Assembly: GCA_030148165.1 (NCBI GenBank)
Contig: JASBTZ010000006.1
Coordinates: forward strand, 31,983-95,982
From: Bacteroidota bacterium
GTDB lineage: Bacteria > Bacteroidota > Bacteroidia > Flavobacteriales_D > Crocinitomicaceae
Direction: 5' to 3'
Length of the DNA stretch: 64,000 bases
Shown here one piece after another: positions 58,297-64,000 of this stretch. The notes beneath the pieces are model-generated. The model was not told the origin of the DNA. It saw only the letters and a program-made list of their open reading frames with translations, and ran no database searches. Each line of letters opens with the position of its first letter. Within the stretch, counting starts at the first letter, position 1. The position numbers were made by a program, and so were the translations under genes.

Positions 58297-58971
58297 TTAG
58301 AATTTTCTTTTCTGTTTATTTCGACGACTTACGACTAACTCCTTTTCCAGCTTGTTGCCAAACTCGTCTTCTACCTTAACCAGGTAGAGGCCATCATTAA
58401 AGGGCTTCGTCCATAATAGTATATTATTCGGTCCTGATGCAAGGGATAATTTACGCTCATAAACAACAACTCCTTTGCGATCCATAACCGTCAAAGTACC
58501 TTTCGAAGCAATCATTGAATCAAAGGAAAGATTAACCTCTTTGTTAGCCTTGCCTTTTGAGGACAGTAGTAGCAATCCAGTTAATATTGGTTGACGAATA
58601 TCGATCATATCCAAAAAGGTTTTTTCACCATCCTTATCTACGCGAACAATTCTAAAATATTCGGATGGAGCTTCTGGCATATTGATGTGCGAGATCTTAT
58701 ATGAGTGTGATTCCCGATGACTCTTCAAGGATTCAACTATGGTGACTTCGGACCAAACTTTCTGATCAATAGATTTCTCAATTATGAAATGGTCACCGCG
58801 CTGTTCGGCATTAACGTCCCAAGTAAAATGAACTACTCTATGTGACTGAATGGCATGAAATCCCTCAAATTCAATTGTTGATTCTTCAATGCTATCCCCT
58901 TCTTCAATTGTTGCGAAGCAAAACAACCCACTCATTAGCATGATTAGTGATATGAGATAGTTGTACTTCAT
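58297..58971 (-). CDS. Hypothetical secreted protein with a CTD-like C-terminal beta-sandwich and a basic tail
   Basis: 224 aa with a signal peptide. The C-terminal part is GTLTVMDRKGVVVYERKLSLASGPNNILLWTKPFNDGLYLVKVEDEFGN, followed by RRNKQKRKF. Confidence 0.5.
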   Translation of the reverse strand: MKYNYLISLIMLMSGLFCFATIEEGDSIEESTIEFEGFHAIQSHRVVHFTWDVNAEQRGDHFIIEKSIDQKVWSEVTIVESLKSHRESHSYKISHINMPEAPSEYFRIVRVDKDGEKTFLDMIDIRQPILTGLLLLSSKGKANKEVNLSFDSMIASKGTLTVMDRKGVVVYERKLSLASGPNNILLWTKPFNDGLYLVKVEDEFGNKLEKELVVSRRNKQKRKF

Positions 58972-59104
58972 GAGTGCGGGGACTTAAGTGATTTATCATA
59001 AATAATTTACAAATTATTATGTAGGCATAGTTAATAAATCAACATACGCACTCAGTCAATGAACAAACAGGCACTCAACTCGAATATTGTTATGCGTGCA
59101 TATA

Positions 59105-60166
59105 TTATAATTGAGAAATAAGAAGATCGATCTCTTCTTGTGAATTGAACGAATGCAAACAGATTCGCAAACATTCCTGCCCTTCCGGAACGGTGGGATT
59201 AAAGATTGCTTTGGTGGCTATATTGACTCGAGCTAAATTTTCCACCTGGCGAATCAATTGATCCTTTTCACCCCGTATGATTTGAATAGGGGACCTCGGA
59301 TCAGATAATCGCTCCATATCGACCGTCTTAGAAACGAAATAATTTATATTCTCGAAAAGCTTTTCTCTCTGTGATGTGATATCCATATTGGAAACAGATT
59401 CCATTCGAACATAGCTTGACTCTGGAAGCGCAGTTGAGTAAATAAACGGCCTGCAAAAATTGATTAGGTAGTCGCGTACCTGATCCTCAGCAAGCACACA
59501 TGCTCCATGCCCACCATAGGCTTTTCCGTATGTAATTAGTTTGATGAACACAGACTTATCAATCCCGAATTCATCTGTTAACCCTCTCCCTGAATCACCG
59601 AAGATTCCGCCAGCATGTGCCTCATCGACAATTAAATATGCTTTTGCTTCTTCAACAGATTTTGCAATTTCACATAGAGGAGCAATATCTCCATGCATCG
59701 AATAAAGCGACTCGATTACGACATAACAAGTCTGAACTGAATACTTTCCGAGCAATCGCTGTAGATCTTCCACGTCATTATGCCTGAACGAATAGGATTT
59801 CGCATGACTCAGACGAACACCATCGCGCACAGAAGCATGGATATATTCATCATAAAGAACGATGTCGCCTTTTTGTGGAATAGCACTCATAATGCCGAGG
59901 TTTGCGTCGTACCCCGAATTAAAGCATAAAGCGCTTTGATAATTATAAAACGAAGCCAACGAAGCCTCAACTGATTCCACCACCACTGAATTGCCCGAAA
60001 TCAATCTGGAACCAGTACTTCCACTAAGATCGCTTTCGACTTTAAAGCTCGATAAACCCAGATAATCATTGGAAATAAAATCAATAGCTCCATCAAACGA
60101 AGAAAGGGAACGTAATGTCCCCTTTGATCCTCTATCTTCTAATTTTTTATGAAGCTTTTCGTCCAA
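59105..60166 (-). CDS. bioF: 8-amino-7-oxononanoate synthase
   Basis: 353 aa of the alpha-oxoamine synthase family (DEAHAGG, YGKAYGGHG). It abuts bioB with no gap. Confidence 0.8.
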   Translation of the reverse strand: MDEKLHKKLEDRGSKGTLRSLSSFDGAIDFISNDYLGLSSFKVESDLSGSTGSRLISGNSVVVESVEASLASFYNYQSALCFNSGYDANLGIMSAIPQKGDIVLYDEYIHASVRDGVRLSHAKSYSFRHNDVEDLQRLLGKYSVQTCYVVIESLYSMHGDIAPLCEIAKSVEEAKAYLIVDEAHAGGIFGDSGRGLTDEFGIDKSVFIKLITYGKAYGGHGACVLAEDQVRDYLINFCRPFIYSTALPESSYVRMESVSNMDITSQREKLFENINYFVSKTVDMERLSDPRSPIQIIRGEKDQLIRQVENLARVNIATKAIFNPTVPEGQECLRICLHSFNSQEEIDLLISQL

Positions 60167-61264
60167 TTATTTCACCGTTACAATTTTACGTGGCTCAAAT
60201 CCCTCGGCTTCCTTTTTCGCTTCCATGAGTTCTTTCTCTCTAGCCAATGCTTCCGCTTTTTTCTTTTCGTTGATCGGATCCGGATTAGAAACGGGTTTGT
60301 CACCATCTTGGAAAGCCAGCTTAGGTGTTAATCCAAGAATCCTAAACATCTCCATATCCTCATTGTACTCTGGATTAGGTGTTGTCAATAATTTATCACC
60401 TGCAAAAATCGAGCTGGCTCCGGCCATAAAGCAAAGTGCCTGTGCCTCCATATTCATTTTAGTTCTTCCGGCGGATAAACGAATGACAGATTCAGGAAAC
60501 GCGATACGACTGGTAGCTACCATTCTGATCATTTCCCATTGTTCGATCGGCTTTTGTTCTTCTAATGGCGTTCCTTCCACCGCAACAAGAGAGTTTATAG
60601 GTATGGACTCAGGAGGAGTTTCCATCTCCATATAACTGAGAAGTAATCCAACTCGGTCCTCCACAGCTTCACCCATTCCGATTATACCACCTGAACAAAC
60701 CGTCAAGCCCGCTTTTCTGGCATTATCGATAGTATTGAGACGATCATCGTATTCACGGGTAGAAATAACGTCGCCATAAAATTCCTTTGATGAATCAAGA
60801 TTGTGATTATAGGCAAATAAACCGGCATTCTTAAGTCTCTTTGCCTGATCCTCTGAAAGCATTCCCAGCGTACAACAAACTTCCATATCCAGATTGTTGA
60901 CAGCCTGAACCATTTCAACAACTTTATCGAAATCTCTGTTATCACGAACTTCTCGCCACGCAGCCCCCATGCACAACCTGGATGAGCCATTAGCTTTAGC
61001 GTTTTTCGCCTGTTCAATAACCATATCTACATTCATCAATTTGTGCGTATCAATGTCTGTCTGGTATCTCGCAGCTTGTGGACAATATCCGCAATCCTCG
61101 GGACACCCTCCTGTTTTGATGCTCAACAATGAAGACATCTGAACTTCGTTCGGATTATGAAATTTTCGATGAATCGTAGCAGCTTCGAAAACAAGCTCCA
61201 GTAATGGCTTATTATAAAGAGTGAGTAGTGCTTCTTTGGTTCTGTATTCAGGATTTATTTTCAT
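60167..61264 (-). CDS. bioB: Biotin synthase (radical SAM) with a charged C-terminal extension
   Basis: CPEDCGYCPQ radical-SAM cluster motif. The start is taken at the ATG (MKINPEY); the track adds a GTG codon at 61267. Confidence 0.9.
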   Translation of the reverse strand: MKINPEYRTKEALLTLYNKPLLELVFEAATIHRKFHNPNEVQMSSLLSIKTGGCPEDCGYCPQAARYQTDIDTHKLMNVDMVIEQAKNAKANGSSRLCMGAAWREVRDNRDFDKVVEMVQAVNNLDMEVCCTLGMLSEDQAKRLKNAGLFAYNHNLDSSKEFYGDVISTREYDDRLNTIDNARKAGLTVCSGGIIGMGEAVEDRVGLLLSYMEMETPPESIPINSLVAVEGTPLEEQKPIEQWEMIRMVATSRIAFPESVIRLSAGRTKMNMEAQALCFMAGASSIFAGDKLLTTPNPEYNEDMEMFRILGLTPKLAFQDGDKPVSNPDPINEKKKAEALAREKELMEAKKEAEGFEPRKIVTVK

Positions 61265-61281
61265 CACTTAGTTTCTTCACA

Positions 61282-61289
61282 CAAATATA
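61282..61289 (-). promoter_or_regulatory. -7 box TATATTTG upstream of bioB-bioF
   Basis: Exact TAnnTTTG match on the minus strand, 18-25 nt upstream of ATG 61264. Confidence 0.35.
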
Positions 61290-61322
61290 ATGAACTCGGT
61301 TAAGAGGAAGCAATGAATTGAA

Positions 61323-61799
61323 TTACTTTGTTAACAAACAGGCTGCGTAAGCTTTGATTGCTTCTGCTCTTCCAAACGAATCAACTTGTTCGTGCGTAGT
61401 TGCTTTAATGGAAACCTTGTCAATATCCAAATGCAATGTCGATGCGATTACCGCTTGCATTTTTTCAATATGCGGATTGAGTTTAGGATACTCAAGGACT
61501 ACCGTACAGTCCAAATTAACAATTTCGCATCCTTCGGCAGTAATCAGGTCGTAAACTTTATGAAGTAAGACTTTGCTGTCTATCCCTTTGTATTGAGGAT
61601 CCGTATCCGGAAAGTGATAACCAATATCTCTTAGGTTAGCTGCTCCAAGTAACGCATCGCAGATAGCGTGTAATAAAACATCTGCATCTGAATGCCCAAT
61701 AGCACCAATATCAGATGGAATTTCAATTCCTCCGACATATAACGGAATATCCGGTCCGAGACGATGAACATCAATGCCGTATCCGATTCTAAAATACAT
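61323..61799 (-). CDS. ispF: 2-C-methyl-D-erythritol 2,4-cyclodiphosphate synthase
   Basis: 158 aa with GYGIDVHRL and HSDADVLLHAICDALLGA motifs. Confidence 0.95.
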   Translation of the reverse strand: MYFRIGYGIDVHRLGPDIPLYVGGIEIPSDIGAIGHSDADVLLHAICDALLGAANLRDIGYHFPDTDPQYKGIDSKVLLHKVYDLITAEGCEIVNLDCTVVLEYPKLNPHIEKMQAVIASTLHLDIDKVSIKATTHEQVDSFGRAEAIKAYAACLLTK

Positions 61800-61801
61800 G
61801 A

Positions 61802-63094
61802 TTATTCCGGGTTTGACTCCGTGCTTGGAACGTTAGATCCTCCACCGTCACCCAAATCCATTCTAAGCGTAAATCGAAGGGTGTTTGCCAGTGGGTTATT
61901 TCTTTTCAGAGCTGCCAGATAAGAAATATCTACGCCGAATTTATTGTACTTAAGTCCAATACCCGCATTGATAAACTGACGAGCCCCTTTATTCGGTGCT
62001 TCATAAAAGAATCCTGTTCTCAGTGCAAATAGGTTATTATACCAATACTCCATTCCAAATGCGATATTGATCTCCGTAATCTCTTCTTTAAATTTCGAGC
62101 CACTTACAACCTCGTAGGTTCCATCCGCATTTTGAATGTAATTCCCTGCTTCATCTCTCGCTAATTTTCCAGGGGCGTCGTAGAACGACTGAAGCATTCC
62201 CGATATCACACCAATATCATTTGTTTTACCTGCAGCCAGCTCATATTCTGCGTCATCATTTAAGACGTATATAGGAGGAGTTGGAACTAATAGTTTTTGA
62301 ATATCCAGCGAGAAAACCACGTTGTTATACGCATCGAATTTAGCCAGAAACGAGTTTCCTATTTTAAGATTTTGAGGTAAGAAATCACCAGGACTATTCG
62401 ATCCTACATTGGAATATTGAATTTTGTTCCCGATATTATTGATTGTTGCAGCGAAGGTATACGTACCCTTCGTTCCAAACATCTTCGCCTGATCATTCAA
62501 ATAAGTAAATGAAACATCCGCAGCACCTGCTACACCCGGCTTCGTCGTTACACCGGCAACCACCATTCCACCTGTCAAGTTGGAGTAAATGAATTTTCCA
62601 TTCAATCCGACACTCGTTTTAGGTGAAGTTTTGAAAGCATAGGAACCGATCAATGCGTACTCACTTGGCTTATCTTCTCGAGTTACATTACCCTGATCAT
62701 CCGTAAAAGTTATCTCTCCCAGACTGAAAAAACGCATTGCTCCACCTATCGAATGCTTATCATTTAACTGGTAATATCCAGAAAGATAGGATAAGTGAAT
62801 ATCATTAGTCAATTGTCTCAACCACGGCGTATATGAAACGCTAATCTCAGATTTTGATTCAGCAAAATTTAAGATCGACGTATTCCAATAAATCGAAGTA
62901 GAACTAGCACTTAATGCTGTACCCGCATCACCCATACCTCCCGCTCTTGAATCAGGTGTAATAGCAACAAATGGCACTGCCGTTGTAATCGTATTCAACT
63001 GTAAATCATCATCAGTAGCAACTCCACTAGTTGGTTGAGCCACAGCCGAGAGGCTTCCAAAGAAACAAATTGATATCGCGATTATTCTATTCAT
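61802..63094 (-). CDS. porV: T9SS outer-membrane protein PorV (LptO)
   Basis: Signal peptide MNRIIAISICFFGSLSAVAQ, ITPDSRAGGMGDAGTA near the N-terminus and a C-terminal beta-barrel (FGMEYWYNNLFALRTGFFYE). It lies directly downstream of a PorU-like gene. Confidence 0.8.
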   Translation of the reverse strand: MNRIIAISICFFGSLSAVAQPTSGVATDDDLQLNTITTAVPFVAITPDSRAGGMGDAGTALSASSTSIYWNTSILNFAESKSEISVSYTPWLRQLTNDIHLSYLSGYYQLNDKHSIGGAMRFFSLGEITFTDDQGNVTREDKPSEYALIGSYAFKTSPKTSVGLNGKFIYSNLTGGMVVAGVTTKPGVAGAADVSFTYLNDQAKMFGTKGTYTFAATINNIGNKIQYSNVGSNSPGDFLPQNLKIGNSFLAKFDAYNNVVFSLDIQKLLVPTPPIYVLNDDAEYELAAGKTNDIGVISGMLQSFYDAPGKLARDEAGNYIQNADGTYEVVSGSKFKEEITEINIAFGMEYWYNNLFALRTGFFYEAPNKGARQFINAGIGLKYNKFGVDISYLAALKRNNPLANTLRFTLRMDLGDGGGSNVPSTESNPE

Positions 63095-63150
63095 ATATAC
63101 ATTAAATAAAGAGACCACAAATATACGGAATTGTTACACCTTTATAGTGT

Positions 63151-64000
63151 CTATTTTAAAATTACCAGTTTTTCCAGGTGTTCGCCTTCTTTTCCATCTG
63201 CCGTTTTGGCAATTAAGCGATATACGTAGACTCCTTTAGCTAACTGATCTCCAAACTCATCGCGACCATCCCATTCAATCCCTTCAGATCTGAATCCTTC
63301 CGTTAATACATATCGATTAATAGTCTTCACTAATCGACCAGATATCGTGAAAATTTGTATTTGCACTTCAAGCTGATCACAAACCTGATTATGCTCGAAA
63401 TAGAATTCTGTGCTTGTGGTAAATGGATTCGGATAATTCAGAACATGATCCAACGCCATTTCTTCTTCTTCCTGAACTACAAAATCAATACTCGCCTCTG
63501 ATGAATTATTGTTGACATCCCAAACTTTGATCGTTAAAGTATGATTTCCAGGCTCCAATTCTGAGAACGGATACCTGATTTCTCCGGATTGATATGAGTC
63601 CAAATCAGCAATGTAGAAATCGTTCAAAACTATCGGTTTTGAAGTTTCATTGTCCAGTATCGCGACAAGATCGTGTCCAATACCATTTCCCACTGTATTG
63701 ATACCGTTCTCATCAAATAACTTAGCAAGCAATATTGGGGTTTCATCTGTAATTCCACCGTTAACAAAAGATTCGTCATTAAGGAACAAATCTATTTCCG
63801 GTCCGGTATTATCATTGATTCCATTTGGATCTATCCCACCAATGTAGAACATCGTGTCGTAACCAATGGCATCTGTCTGTCCATTCTCTGCATAATAACT
63901 AATCTTTCCGAAATCAATTGCATAATCAATGTCTTTCGGCACTACGAAACTAAACTCAAAATAGCCGTTTGCAATCGTAGCTTTACCTGCATAAACTTTA
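63151..64000 (-). CDS. porU: T9SS C-terminal signal peptidase/sortase PorU, C-terminal part (the gene continues past the right window edge)
   Basis: The frame stays open from 63942 to 64000 (..KVYAGKATIANGYFEFSFVVPKDIDYA..), so the listed start is an internal GTG. The C-terminus has its own CTD-like module (LNYPNPFTTSTEFYFEHNQ...GVYVYRLIA). Synteny with porV supports the call. Confidence 0.7.
   Translation of the reverse strand, partial: KVYAGKATIANGYFEFSFVVPKDIDYAIDFGKISYYAENGQTDAIGYDTMFYIGGIDPNGINDNTGPEIDLFLNDESFVNGGITDETPILLAKLFDENGINTVGNGIGHDLVAILDNETSKPIVLNDFYIADLDSYQSGEIRYPFSELEPGNHTLTIKVWDVNNNSSEASIDFVVQEEEEMALDHVLNYPNPFTTSTEFYFEHNQVCDQLEVQIQIFTISGRLVKTINRYVLTEGFRSEGIEWDGRDEFGDQLAKGVYVYRLIAKTADGKEGEHLEKLVILK

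Noticed and set aside
60225-60635. 136-aa plus-strand ORF opposite bioB (and 57711-58275 opposite the alpha-oxoamine synthase gene, 53429-53960 opposite fahA)
   Set aside because: They are antisense to high-confidence enzymes and have low-complexity Ser/Pro/Ile composition.
1-64000. Genomic island, prophage or mobile element anywhere in the window
   Set aside because: I recognised no integrase, transposase, recombinase, phage structural gene, tRNA attachment site or flanking direct repeats. Gene content is core metabolism and envelope biogenesis, and by eye the composition looks uniform apart from the Thr/Gly/Ser-rich repeat ORF.

Overview
This 64-kb chromosomal segment reads as a Bacteroidota (Flavobacteriia/Cytophagia-like) core-genome region. 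Lineage markers are an LpxC-FabZ fusion, adjacent T9SS porU/porV genes, T9SS C-terminal sorting domains, the rpmB-rpmG-DUF4295-ftsY order, and TAnnTTTG -7 boxes in front of many genes. I call about 63 protein genes, tightly packed with many 1-32 nt overlaps and three convergent pairs separated by 0-7 nt. I saw no rRNA, tRNA, CRISPR array, transposase, integrase or phage genes.

Most of the content is housekeeping:
- lipid A genes lpxD, lpxC-fabZ, lpxA and lpxB
- menaquinone genes menF, menD and a hotdog thioesterase
- murB, trxA, ftsY, L28/L33, glyA, purA, fur, a RelA/SpoT homologue, ychF and fahA
- methylmalonyl-CoA mutase mutA/mutB, bioF/bioB and ispF

Two real genes are missing from the supplied ORF track. 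One is a >1715-aa minus-strand ORF filling 1-5146, whose stop lies off the left edge. It is an M43 zinc metalloprotease fused to beta-sandwich and PKD modules and a 219-bp (73-codon) tandem repeat array. The other is a 51-aa DUF4295-type gene at 6268-6423. The right edge cuts through porU.

I found no unambiguous novel system. The best candidate is the two-gene unit at 43773-45913. It encodes a PDZ-less trypsin-like protease carrying two copies of an unassigned ~105-aa two-cysteine domain, plus a third free-standing secreted copy encoded just upstream.

Secondary leads:
- the giant repeat-bearing M43 protein
- an alpha-oxoamine synthase paralogue separate from bioF, a possible sphingolipid or sulfonolipid enzyme
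- a ChaN / small beta-barrel / Nif3 / zinc-ribbon operon whose last protein has a histone-H1-like tail
- a near-bare T9SS-CTD-like mini protein
- a 15-bp perfect palindrome in the trxA promoter

All functional calls come from motif recognition by eye. No database search was possible.
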